Under the pieces are notes generated by a model. The model was not told where the DNA came from. It saw only the letters and a program-made list of their open reading frames with translations, and did no database searches. Shown here piece by piece: positions 8,952 through 19,100 of a stretch of DNA of 35,419 bases. Position 1 is the first letter of the stretch. Every line of letters begins with the position of its first letter. Where the stretch lies: IMG/VR virus record IMGVR_UViG_3300021142_000016; one strand, written 5' to 3'. The position numbers and the translations under genes were made by a program. This stretch comes from an uncultured virus (IMG/VR IMGVR_UViG_3300021142_000016). Its lineage: Duplodnaviria; Heunggongvirae; Uroviricota; Caudoviricetes.

Positions 8952-9677
8952 TTATGGTAGTGGAACTGCCCATTTAGCGATAAGGCTTTGTTCAATAATA
9001 TTATACACTGAAGATGACAAAGGCGCATTATAGAACAACATTTCTCCTACTGAGAATTGTCCATAAGTTGAGCCATATCTTCCGAGTGCCTGTCCAGTCA
9101 TACTTGAAAGTGAACCGCTAGACACACCTACACCGACGTCTACTCCATTTCTACGGATACGCTTTGAGTTATCTGCTGTGTTGTAAACAAGGGTATAAAC
9201 TTCTGCAACACCAGCGTTAGCATTTGTTACAATTGCTGCTGTATCATCGTTTCCAAATCCAAAACGGTATGTGTTACCTGAAAGATATCCTGTATAAAAG
9301 TTTGAGCGGGTATTTGAAGATGTTCCACCAATTACATATGAATTAGATGAAAGAGCTGTTTTAGTAGCAACAATAAATACCGTAAAAGATGTTCCTGCAA
9401 TAAAGCCCATTGTTTGATCTGAAAATGTCATAAATTGAGATGAGCCAGAAAAGGAAACTGCTCCAAGTCCGCCAATTCCTGAAGATTGGTAAACTGGCTT
9501 ATTTGCCTGAGTTCCTTGAACCAATGTTCTGACGTTATTTGTTCTATCTGTCCATTGAGAAACATAGTTGTTACCATCTCTTGATATAGTTGTTAATGCT
9601 GCTGCATCCCACCATGCCACCAAATTTTGACGGCTGTAACGTGGACGAGAAAATATAGAACGTTGATTATTTAGCAT
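8952..9677 (-). CDS. LamG/lectin-like tail-associated protein
   Basis: LVAWWDA, VSQWTDR, FTVFIVA, GEMLFYN..LS....IEQSL..KW. Confidence 0.75.
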   Translation of the reverse strand: MLNNQRSIFSRPRYSRQNLVAWWDAAALTTISRDGNNYVSQWTDRTNNVRTLVQGTQANKPVYQSSGIGGLGAVSFSGSSQFMTFSDQTMGFIAGTSFTVFIVATKTALSSNSYVIGGTSSNTRSNFYTGYLSGNTYRFGFGNDDTAAIVTNANAGVAEVYTLVYNTADNSKRIRRNGVDVGVGVSSGSLSSMTGQALGRYGSTYGQFSVGEMLFYNAPLSSSVYNIIEQSLIAKWAVPLP

Positions 9678-9993
9678 TTTTTACCTTTGCATCTGTATAT
9701 GTGATAATTTTATCAAAATCATCTTGAGCTTTTTTATGATTTTTCTTTTCGTCTTCTGTCATATTGACAACTTCAACACTATACCATACGCCATCTTTTT
9801 CATATGGTTCGCATGCAACTAAATGTTGTTTTTCTGAATCATGATCTAGGGTTGGTGTAACCAAGAATGCATTATTTGCCTTTAAGTAATCTTCTGTTGG
9901 AATCCCGTCAGGAAAGCTGACATTAGGAAACAGCTCTGCAGATGTTCCATCTTTTACTACTTCATTGTTTTTATCAACAATAACATAATGCAT
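9667..9993 (-). CDS. Hypothetical tail-associated protein
   Basis: 108 aa; LFPNVSFP motif; coupled to the lectin gene. Confidence 0.65.
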   Translation of the reverse strand: MHYVIVDKNNEVVKDGTSAELFPNVSFPDGIPTEDYLKANNAFLVTPTLDHDSEKQHLVACEPYEKDGVWYSVEVVNMTEDEKKNHKKAQDDFDKIITYTDAKVKNAK

Positions 9994-10003
9994 TTTTTAC
10001 CCC

Positions 10004-10444
10004 TTATACGTATAGATCTGAATATGCGTATCCGCCATATACTGTAGTTCCACCATTTCTTGTGTAGAAATTTAGAACTGTTGTATTGGTTGATAGTACT
10101 GGTGGGGTATTTGAAGCTCCACCGCCGTCCCATTTAACTGAAGCAGGCCATGTAATTGTATAAGCGTTTCCGCCCTTAACTTCTACTTGCCAGAACTGAG
10201 CAGAGTTTGTTGTTTGTGAAATATTTGCAAATGCAACTGTCATGTTTCCGCCAGCTGTGAAGCTGTAGATGTTTGAAAGCGACAGGTCAATTGTTGCTGT
10301 ACCCGCTGCTGCAATTGTTCCCAATGCAGTGTACTGCGATGGGATGTTGAAATATGTATAACCTTGACCATTGATTGGTGCCTGCAAATATGTGTATGTC
10401 CATAATGCTGGTGTCACTGGTTGAGGTGAACTTGTAATTGGCAT
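10004..10444 (-). CDS. Tail fibre-associated beta-sandwich protein
   Basis: TIDLS..N, ITWPASVKW.GG..P.LS, FYT.NGGTT.YG. Confidence 0.65.
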   Translation of the reverse strand: MPITSSPQPVTPALWTYTYLQAPINGQGYTYFNIPSQYTALGTIAAAGTATIDLSLSNIYSFTAGGNMTVAFANISQTTNSAQFWQVEVKGGNAYTITWPASVKWDGGGASNTPPVLSTNTTVLNFYTRNGGTTVYGGYAYSDLYV

Positions 10445-10480
10445 TTTTTATCTCCTAATTTTTATTTATTTACTTAAATT

Positions 10481-11482
10481 TTACTGCTTAACGTAATATG
10501 TAAGAACAATTACTCCAGAACCACCTGTGCCAGAAGAACTGTTCTGTCCTCCTCCACCGCCTGAGCCAGTTCCGTTATTTGCGTTAACGCTTGGTGAACC
10601 TATGTTATATGAGTAACCTATTCCGCCACCGTTAGAGCCACCTGCACCTGCTGCAACACCTGATCCTCCGCCACCGCCTGCAAGACCATAAAGCCCTTCT
10701 CCGCCAAGGCCACCTTGGCCGTCGTACTGGCCTGAACCTGTAGCAGCACCTGAGCCACCACAAGAAGATCCTTCTGAACTAATCTTAGAAGTTCCTCCTA
10801 CAAAGCCACCATATGTACCTTGCCAAAATTGCCAAGCGTTGTACCCTGCTCCGTTAGCTCCTCCGCCACCGCCTGCGCATGACCAAGATGTAATCCAGTT
10901 ACCGCCTCCGCCTCCGCTTGAACCATAACCAGTAATGTTTTGAGCACCTGCACCGCAGGATCCACCATTACCTTGACGACCAGCTTGTGCGTATGCACCT
11001 CCACCGCCTCCGCCGTAAGCTACAATATAAAATGAATCTCCTGAGGATCCAAATGATGAGTTACCACCATTTCCGCCATTTGTATTTGAGTTGCCACCTA
11101 TAGCACCGCCTCCGCCTCCAATAGAGAACGGGATAGATGCTGTTCCATTGTTTGCGTATGCGCTTGTATCTACAATTCTTCTTACGAGTTGTCCTGCGCC
11201 TCCACCGCCACCGCAATAAGCGTTAGAGTTACCTCCACCGCCACCTCCGCCACCACCGACAACTGTAACGTCAATATATGGTGCACATGAAGCTGGTTTT
11301 GTCCAAGAAGATCCGCTAGTAAGCGTAACAGTTTTTTGAACATAAGTTGTGGTTGGTGTTGCAGCTGCAATAGATGCAGATAAAAGTGAAGCAAATGGTT
11401 GTGCTTGAGCAGCTACTGCTGCAGTTGTTGCTGTATCAAGTCCAGGTACAAAAATTTGATTAATTGTGCCATAAGTTGTCAT
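10481..11482 (-). CDS. Glycine-rich tail fibre/adhesin protein B
   Basis: WTKP...VTVVGGGGGG...GGGGGAG...GSGVIVLTY glycine-rich domain. Confidence 0.8.
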   Translation of the reverse strand: MTTYGTINQIFVPGLDTATTAAVAAQAQPFASLLSASIAAATPTTTYVQKTVTLTSGSSWTKPASCAPYIDVTVVGGGGGGGGGNSNAYCGGGGGAGQLVRRIVDTSAYANNGTASIPFSIGGGGGAIGGNSNTNGGNGGNSSFGSSGDSFYIVAYGGGGGGAYAQAGRQGNGGSCGAGAQNITGYGSSGGGGGNWITSWSCAGGGGGANGAGYNAWQFWQGTYGGFVGGTSKISSEGSSCGGSGAATGSGQYDGQGGLGGEGLYGLAGGGGGSGVAAGAGGSNGGGIGYSYNIGSPSVNANNGTGSGGGGGQNSSSGTGGSGVIVLTYYVKQ

Positions 11483-11919
11483 TAGTTAGTTCCTCCTGAA
11501 ACAGCTGATGTTGCTGTTGTATTTGGTGCATCAACAGTTGGTGCCATAGCAGTTGCTGGTGCGTAAACTGTTCCATTTGCTTGTGCAATAATAGACTGTA
11601 CTTCATCAAATGTTGGAATTGTTTCTGCTGCAGGTGCGTTTGGATCTGGGAAGTGAGTTACAGCAGCTGGGACTGGGGGAGCAGTAAATTCTTTAGTTTT
11701 TGCATCATAAGTCCATAGAACAGAAGGTCTTGGAGACATATCTGTAACATCAATAATTGTAAGATCTACCCAATCTGGGTGTGATTTTACCCATTCTTCA
11801 TCATGACAAACTATAATATTGCCAACGATTCCATCTGGGGTAATTAAAGCAAATTCCCTAAACGTATCAAGCATTGGAATACCATTAGAAAAATCTTGTG
11901 TGTTTGTATCTGTTGACAT
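11482..11919 (-). CDS. Fibre-associated/chaperone-like protein
   Basis: ALI...IV.NIIV...HPD...PSV.W.YD, paralogous to 11919-12197. Confidence 0.65.
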   Translation of the reverse strand: MSTDTNTQDFSNGIPMLDTFREFALITPDGIVGNIIVCHDEEWVKSHPDWVDLTIIDVTDMSPRPSVLWTYDAKTKEFTAPPVPAAVTHFPDPNAPAAETIPTFDEVQSIIAQANGTVYAPATAMAPTVDAPNTTATSAVSGGTN

Positions 11920-12197
11920 TATTTAGCTCCTTTAATTTTTGCCAGGGCTGCTTCATAATCCGCAAGCATTTTTTCATGTTCAATCATAAGTTGTGTTTTA
12001 GGTTCTGGTTCTGGAGCAATAAACTTGCTTCCATCATATGACCAGCCTACAGATGGATAATTTGGAAATTCTAGATCTGTGATATTAACATGTGTATGAT
12101 TTAGATAATCTGGATGAGTTTTAAAATCATCCTCTGTATTACCAATTACAATATTTTCTACAATATTTTTTTCATCAATAAGAGCAATTTTTAACAT
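11919..12197 (-). CDS. Fibre-associated/chaperone-like protein
   Basis: ALIDEKNIVENIVI...HPDY...PSVGWSYDGSKFIAP. Confidence 0.65.
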   Translation of the reverse strand: MLKIALIDEKNIVENIVIGNTEDDFKTHPDYLNHTHVNITDLEFPNYPSVGWSYDGSKFIAPEPEPKTQLMIEHEKMLADYEAALAKIKGAK

Positions 12198-12200
12198 TTA

Positions 12201-13199
12201 TTATGCCACCTTCATCCAATAATAAATTATGCAAACACCTGAACCACCGCTGCAGGTTCCTTGTGCGCCCATGTAGCCGCCACCGCCACCGCCACCAGTT
12301 CCGTTTGCTCCTGGGTAACCAGTGTTTGTAATAGTGTTATCTCCACCCATTCCACCACCAGCAGAACCGCCACCTGGGCCAGCTCCACCGCCACCGCCAC
12401 CGCCTGCAAGTCCCATTAATCCTGGACCACCACGACCACCGTCACCTAAATTAGATGTCCAAGAGTTACAGATACCTGCTCCTCCTGAAGAGCTTCCGTA
12501 GCCCCAAGCAAAGCCGCCTGAGTGACCACCGCCTGGAGTTCCGTTAGTTCCGTTAATTTGTGCATTACCGCCTGCGCCACCTGCGCCACCACCGCCACCG
12601 CCTGCTGAGTATTGGTAGCTGTAATAACCACCGCCACCACCACCAGAACCAGAGCCGTAAATTGTATTATAAGTTGGATCACAATAACCATAGTTACCGT
12701 TGTTTCCTTGGTTTTGCTGGTAGCCACCGCCACCGCCACCATATGAAACTAGATAAAACGCTTGCCCAGAAACACCGAATGATGAGTTTCCGCCATTGTT
12801 TCCATTAGCTTGTGAACCTGGTGCGGATCCGCCACCACCAACTCCAATTGAAATACCTTGACCTGGAGAAATTGAAGAAATATCAACATATCTATCAAGA
12901 AGTTGACCTGCTCCTCCACCACCAGAACCAGCGTAAGATGTTGATCCTGTACCGCCAGAACCGCCACCACCAACCAAAACAACTCTTACTGTGCTTGCGC
13001 TGCCTGTTGGGCGAGTCCATGTTCCAGAGCCGTAGAAACGGGTTTCCATTGGAATGTACGCGCCACCAAAAACAGTTGAAAGTGCATTGTTAATATAAGA
13101 AGGTGTAAAAACCTGACTTAATCCCACTGTTGCTGCATTTTGAAGTGTTGTTGTTAGTCCTGGTAGGTAGACATTTCCACCTGTAGCTGATATTGCCAT
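12201..13199 (-). CDS. Glycine-rich tail fibre/adhesin protein A
   Basis: SGTWTRP...VVLVGGGGSGG...GGSGVCIIYY; paralogue of 10481-11482. Confidence 0.8.
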   Translation of the reverse strand: MAISATGGNVYLPGLTTTLQNAATVGLSQVFTPSYINNALSTVFGGAYIPMETRFYGSGTWTRPTGSASTVRVVLVGGGGSGGTGSTSYAGSGGGGAGQLLDRYVDISSISPGQGISIGVGGGGSAPGSQANGNNGGNSSFGVSGQAFYLVSYGGGGGGYQQNQGNNGNYGYCDPTYNTIYGSGSGGGGGGYYSYQYSAGGGGGGAGGAGGNAQINGTNGTPGGGHSGGFAWGYGSSSGGAGICNSWTSNLGDGGRGGPGLMGLAGGGGGGGAGPGGGSAGGGMGGDNTITNTGYPGANGTGGGGGGGYMGAQGTCSGGSGVCIIYYWMKVA

Positions 13200-13222
13200 T
13201 GTATTTCTCCCTTAATTTAAAA

Positions 13223-13543
13223 TCATGAAGATGTTACTTTAACACCTGAAATAAACATTGTTACTGCGTTTGCAGCAGATGCTGCAAGGTTGATAACATC
13301 ACCAGTGTTCATAACTAGCTTAGCATCTAGTACGGTCAAAGACTGTGGTGGGATGCTTAACTGGTAAGCAAGATATGTTCCTGCTATCTGGATTGTAAAT
13401 GTTTGTGCAGCTGATGTAATGTTCATTACGCTGATTGATGTAAGAACGTCTGTCTCTGCAGATGGTGTTGTATACACTGCTGTAGATGCTAGTGGCAGGG
13501 TACCTGCGTAGAATCTCTGTGGTAGACTTGTAATTGTTGCCAT
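13223..13543 (-). CDS. Small virion protein
   Basis: 106 aa; paralogue of 8614-8940. Confidence 0.7.
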   Translation of the reverse strand: MATITSLPQRFYAGTLPLASTAVYTTPSAETDVLTSISVMNITSAAQTFTIQIAGTYLAYQLSIPPQSLTVLDAKLVMNTGDVINLAASAANAVTMFISGVKVTSS

Positions 13544-13544
13544 G

Positions 13545-13877
13545 TTAGAATGCTCCCATATTTGAATTAATTACGTAATTATTAATAGCGGTTTGAATCG
13601 CTGATTGTCCCGCGGTTACTGCTGTTCCAATAGCTGCGACTTGAGTCGCTGCTGCTGAGTTAATTGATGTTACTCCACCTGATGTTGCATTGGAAATATT
13701 TGCGAGTTGGGTGTTTGTTGCAGCAACAACGTCGTTTACCCCAAGAAGATTTCCCATTGATTCAAGTGCTTTTGCCAAAAATACCAAATCCTGTGCTGCC
13801 AATGTGGCTGAGCTTAGGTTATTTACCTGATTTTGAAAAATGGTAATTTGACTTTGTAGGGTTGCGTAGTTTGCCAT
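13545..13877 (-). CDS. Hypothetical coiled-coil virion protein
   Basis: GAGGTG RBS; similar to the N-terminus of 15488-16165. Confidence 0.7.
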   Translation of the reverse strand: MANYATLQSQITIFQNQVNNLSSATLAAQDLVFLAKALESMGNLLGVNDVVAATNTQLANISNATSGGVTSINSAAATQVAAIGTAVTAGQSAIQTAINNYVINSNMGAF

Positions 13878-13897
13878 TTGTTATTCACCTCTCGTAT

Positions 13898-13906
13898 AGT
13901 ATAGCA
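13898..13906 (-). promoter_or_regulatory. Extended -10 promoter TGC-TATACT
   Basis: Intergenic, upstream of RBS GAGGTG. Confidence 0.55.
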
Positions 13907-13920
13907 TAACTGTTTATAAA

Positions 13921-14532
13921 TCAGTTATTGTTTCCACTTGTATTTGTTGCATTTAGTACTGGCCCAGTGGCGAATGGTGGAGGCACCATACCTCCTGGAT
14001 TGTGGTTTATTGAAGGATCAACTTCTGGTGGAGTTGGCCAATCAATATTGTGATCTGTAATTGTTGTTGGAAGATCTCTAAGTGCCTGGCGATAATCTTG
14101 CCATGCTTTCTTTTTATCTGCATCCATCGGAGCAGTTTCTACCCAGTCTGTTGAATTAAGAAGCACTTTTCTATGATTTCTTGCATGTGTAAGTGCTGCA
14201 GCAGTTGTTACTTCTGTCCACCATTGAACATGCTCACCATCAGTCATGTGTCTTGGAGAATTAGTTTTTTCATCCAAAATCATATGTTTTCCTTCTACAA
14301 AATAATCATCAACTTCATGCCAAACAGAACCATCTGACGCATTATCTGTTGGAGTTTCAACAGCTTGTCTTGTTTCAATTTGAATTTGTGAATCTGGATG
14401 AAATCTAGCATATTTTTTTAATTGAAGTGGTTCTGGAAGAGGTTTTGCATTTGCAACGTCAACAGAAATCTCTAAAGCATCTGGGTTTGTTAAAAAATCT
14501 TGTACTTGATCTGCTGTAATATCGTTAGCCAT
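13921..14532 (-). CDS. Tail fibre assembly chaperone-like protein
   Basis: R..R..LL..TDW...WQDYRQALRDLP...IDWPTPP. Confidence 0.85.
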   Translation of the reverse strand: MANDITADQVQDFLTNPDALEISVDVANAKPLPEPLQLKKYARFHPDSQIQIETRQAVETPTDNASDGSVWHEVDDYFVEGKHMILDEKTNSPRHMTDGEHVQWWTEVTTAAALTHARNHRKVLLNSTDWVETAPMDADKKKAWQDYRQALRDLPTTITDHNIDWPTPPEVDPSINHNPGGMVPPPFATGPVLNATNTSGNNN

Positions 14533-15488
14533 TATCTATCTCCATATAAGGTTGCTGCTCTATTCCATACAGAATACGAGTCAATAGTGCTTGTATAATT
14601 GTTATTTGTAATATCATCATATGTCCATGCTGCCATAGTCATACGCATATCTGGTCCGATCCAATAGTTTGGAGGGAATGTTCCTTGCATATTGTAATAA
14701 GAAGTATTTTCATCCCAAAGATAAGTGTTGTATCCACTAGTCCAATAATAAAATGTATTACACATTAACACTGCTGCCGTTGTTTGTGCTGGAAGAGTAA
14801 ATGTTCCAGATATACCGTAGTTTGAGTTTGTACTTCCAGTATATGTTGCCAAGTTAGTCCAGTTTACCGTAGTTGCTGTTGAATATTTATTTGTATTTGG
14901 AATTCCAACTTGCATACCACCGCCATCATAACCAGAACACCAATATGAGCTTTGAAGAGCCCAAACTGAAACGTTAATTGATGATGTTGGGTGATAATTT
15001 CTAACAAACATAACGCGAGAACCAAATGGGCCATAGCATGTATTTTGAGGATATGTGTGAAGCATCTTGTGACTTGCACCAGTTTGGTTATTTGTTCCCC
15101 AATCTAGTTGCTTACGTGTTCCCGCCCACGTTTTCATATTTTCATTTTGATGACGATATCCACCAAGTGCATACCAAAATGCTCTTTCAGCATCCCATGG
15201 CTGAGTTCCTGTAAGATATGTATAAAAGTTTGTCCAATCATCCGAGTTATTCCATGAATAGTTACCCATAGCTGAGTTACCGCGATTATTTACTGAATAA
15301 ATTGATGGTACTGCATATGGAAGACGAGATGCATCAGAAACTTCTTTAATAAGATTGTCAGTTCCAGTTGTCACGCCGAGTGAAGCTGCGCTAATTCCAA
15401 GTCCAGATGCCGTTACGTTTGCTGCTGATTGCAACTCAGCAAGAGTAATTCCTTGAGTTTGAAAGTTTAAATCATTTAAATTAGGCAT
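14532..15488 (-). CDS. Hypothetical virion protein (aromatic/Asn/Thr-rich)
   Basis: Long ORF with TAATG coupling at both ends. Confidence 0.7.
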   Translation of the reverse strand: MPNLNDLNFQTQGITLAELQSAANVTASGLGISAASLGVTTGTDNLIKEVSDASRLPYAVPSIYSVNNRGNSAMGNYSWNNSDDWTNFYTYLTGTQPWDAERAFWYALGGYRHQNENMKTWAGTRKQLDWGTNNQTGASHKMLHTYPQNTCYGPFGSRVMFVRNYHPTSSINVSVWALQSSYWCSGYDGGGMQVGIPNTNKYSTATTVNWTNLATYTGSTNSNYGISGTFTLPAQTTAAVLMCNTFYYWTSGYNTYLWDENTSYYNMQGTFPPNYWIGPDMRMTMAAWTYDDITNNNYTSTIDSYSVWNRAATLYGDR

Positions 15489-16165
15489 TAGATCTTTCTC
15501 CATCCATATGTTGAATTGTAATACACAAGGGTAACTGATCCGCCATTGATATTAAATACCAATGGATTTGAAGAACCCATGATTGGTTGACCATTACCCG
15601 CAATGCTAAAATTAGTTGATGCTGAAGTTCCTGTTGCATCAACAATCTGAACTTGATAACCTTGTCCTGGGTTAAGAGGTAAAGTTACTACTAATCCAGC
15701 TGCTGGAACAACTAACAATCTATCATTATTAACTGCATTATAATTTTGAGTAATTTGTTTCCAAGCTGTTGGCACGGTTGAAATAGAGTTTTGAATAGAG
15801 TTAAGTTGTGTAGTTACTGAACTATATTGAGCAGAGTTGGTTGCAATAAAGTTATTGGCATTTGCCATCTGATTTTGCAATGTTGAAATTTGACTTGTTT
15901 GTGTTGCAATAATTGAACCATTTGCAGATGCATTTACAGTTGAAACTCCCGCTGCTGCTGCAGCGTTAATTGCAGATATTTGAATTGTTGTAGCGTTATA
16001 AATATCAATAACACCAAGTGCTTGACCGATGGTATTTAAACCATTTCCAAGCACTCCAAGATCAGTTGCAGAAAGTCTGCTATTTGTCATCAAGCTTGTT
16101 GAAGCAAGCTGGAATAAGTTAATTTGGCTTCCGAGTATATTTGCTGTGGCTGATGGTGTTGGCAT
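15488..16165 (-). CDS. Tail fibre-related protein
   Basis: C-terminal VTLP..P..G..V.IVD...N..I..NG..I.G...LVY.....GW domain typical of phage fibres. Confidence 0.7.
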   Translation of the reverse strand: MPTPSATANILGSQINLFQLASTSLMTNSRLSATDLGVLGNGLNTIGQALGVIDIYNATTIQISAINAAAAAGVSTVNASANGSIIATQTSQISTLQNQMANANNFIATNSAQYSSVTTQLNSIQNSISTVPTAWKQITQNYNAVNNDRLLVVPAAGLVVTLPLNPGQGYQVQIVDATGTSASTNFSIAGNGQPIMGSSNPLVFNINGGSVTLVYYNSTYGWRKI

Positions 16166-16168
16166 TTT

Positions 16169-19100
16169 TTAGGCCTGCGCTTCAATCCAAGAAAGAATTG
16201 CTGATACGTTAGCAGCTGTTCCACCAATGTTGGTTGCAACAATTGTTAAGATATCTGGACCGTTAGGGAATCCTGGGTTAGTAGCATTTCCGTCACCATT
16301 CATATAACCGTTTCCAAGGTTTCTAACTTTTGTCAAGTCAAATGTGGTTGTGTTATAAGCGGTACCACCAGAACCACCCGCGTTATCGGTGTATAGTGAG
16401 AATACAACGTCTCCGCCTGAAACTGTGTTAGTTGGTGATGCAACCGTTGTACCCAAAGTACCTGTTCCATCGTGATAAATAATTTGAGATAATGATCCAG
16501 AACCAACCTTGTTAAGCAACCAGTCTCCTGGAATATTAACGCCGTTAAGTGATTGTGGATTCAAAATACCTTGAATCAAGAACTGTCCTTGAGCAAGAAT
16601 TTGCAGAGAATACAAGTTTAGCTGCATGTTATTTGCAAGTTCACGAACACCGAAGTTACGTCCTACACCATTGTCTACCGAAGGTGCTACGCGAATTGAA
16701 AGTAGCGGACGGGAAATTAATGTGTTACCGAACGTTTGAGAAATAAATCCTGGGCTTGTTAAGTTAACAGAATTTTCAGTCAATGTGCTTGAGCCCATTG
16801 TATATGTAATTGTTGTTGAAGTAACTGAGCTAATGTTGAAGGTACCGTTATAAGGAGTATTTGCAAATGTTACAACCGCTGCCTGAGCATTTACAGATGT
16901 TAGAGGAATCGTTGCTGAAACCTTAGCATAAGAAATTGAGCTTGCGGTTGTTGCTGTAATTGTATATGTTCCATTAAATACTGTATCAACACCGCTTACT
17001 GTTACAGAGTTACCTGGAACAAGAGCGTGAGCAGTAGAGAATGTAAGTGTTGCTACGTTACCAGTTAACTGCTTTTGAGTAACTGTGTAAGTATAGTTAA
17101 CACCAGTAATTGTTGCGTTGTAACCAGCTTGAATTGAGTGTGGTGCAGATGCTGTAATTGTTGCTACACCAGAAGCTGCTTGTCTTGATGTAATATTTGC
17201 AGTAACTGTACCAGATCCACCGACCTGTAAGTAACGTTGCATGTTAGCGGCAAACAAGAAGTTTTTATCGTTATCAAAACGACCATCCATGATAACAGAT
17301 GATCCCCAGTGTGTCATGACTGGTGCACACTGTTGAGAAATTGTTTGTACTGAAACTTGGTTTGTTCCATTACCGCCTGGGATAGATGCATCTGGGTTAT
17401 AGTTCCATAATACATAGCTACCACTTGTCTGATAAAGAGTTCCACCATAATAAACTGGTTGTTGAACACGACGAATAACTGTTACTGGATATCCTTGAGC
17501 AGTTTGATTAAATGCTCCTACCGATGTGTATTGACAAAGCTCAATGTTTGTACCATCATTAATTTTTAGATAACCAGATGATGGCCAGTTTAATGCGTTA
17601 TCAACATACAAGGTTGTATCTGTTGAATATAAAGTTGAACCAAGTACACCAGTTGCTCCCGCCACAAGTCTTGCAGAAGAAAGTGGTTCGTTAATTGATT
17701 CATAACGAGCAGGCATGTTACCAGAACGCTGGTATGCTGCAACGTTTGTATTGTTTTGAGATGCTTCGTGACACCAAGTAATCTTTCCGTTAATTCCTCT
17801 AAAGCCGTAACGAATTGTACCTGCTCCGTACCATGAGTAATCAATATATGTCATTTGCATCTTTGATGGATCAAATACATAACCAGAAGGGCCTGTTCCA
17901 TCCATCTTATCTAGGTTCCATGCTGTTTGTGGAACCTTTGAAACCTGTACTTTTCTAAAGTAAGTGTTTGCAGCTGATGGGCCACGGTAAGCTGGGTTAA
18001 TATTTAAAGAGGTGTCAGAGTTAATTTGAGAAACAAGATATGTTTGTCCCTTAATAATAATTCTCTCGCCAACAACTATTTGCTTTCTAAATGCTGTTAG
18101 CGTTCCTGTAACAACGTTGCTATATTGAGTTGTTGAAATTGTTCCAAACAATTCTTTTGTTCCCCAACGACGGCAAGCATACATTTGTTGTCCATCATAT
18201 TCAAAATAAAATCCGTCTTGTTCATTAAATAGGCCTGCACGTGTTGCTGCACCCTTCCAATAAACAACTGTTACATAAACGTTAATACCGCCTGGAACTT
18301 GGTCAATTGCATTAATTGGATTTGTAAAATTAATTGTAATTGTAAAGTTATTTACATCAATTATGCTAGAGACTTGGAATGTTCCATTATAGGGATTATA
18401 AGAACCTACACATTGAACGCCCTCAAGTTTTACATAAGCACCTGGTTGCAAATTGTGGTTTTGTACAGTTGTAATTGTAATAATATTTGAACCTGCAAAA
18501 GTAGTTTGAGCAATCATATATTGAACGTCAAAAGTAGGTGTAAACTTAGTACCAGTTGAGAACTGAATACCTTTACCTGCTTGATAACGGAAGTAACGAC
18601 GGGTTTGACGAATAGTTTGTGCACCACAAACGTTAGATCCTGTTGAAAGAATAACTCCACCATCAAGAGGTCTATGTTCTACATAACCCTGAGAAGATAC
18701 ATAAATTGGTTGATTAAGAGTTGAAATTGGATTAAGAACTTGTGCATTTGTTAAGAAAGAAAATGCATTTGGAGTAGCAACTGTATCAACAAAATACGTT
18801 CCAGACAAACCATCGCCTGAAATTTGTGGCAAAAGGATTTCGGTTCCTGGGAAAATACCATGAGGTGTTGGAGTTGTTACTGTAATTCTTGATTGTGCTT
18901 GTGTATCAGATACTGCTGTCCATGTACCGTAGTTACCAGTTACGCCACCCATTAGGTTTGCATTATCAAAAACACCTCCACCGTAAATTGTGGTTAGTGT
19001 GCCTTCAATAAATGAACCACTTACAACACCTTTTGCAGTATATGTAAATGTTGTTGAGCTTGTTGGATAAACTAGGAATGTACCTTCACCGTTGTTATTC

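Noticed and set aside
10481..13199. Diversity-generating retroelement TR/VR pair in the duplicated Gly-rich genes
   Set aside because: Divergence is not adenine-specific and no reverse transcriptase is in the window
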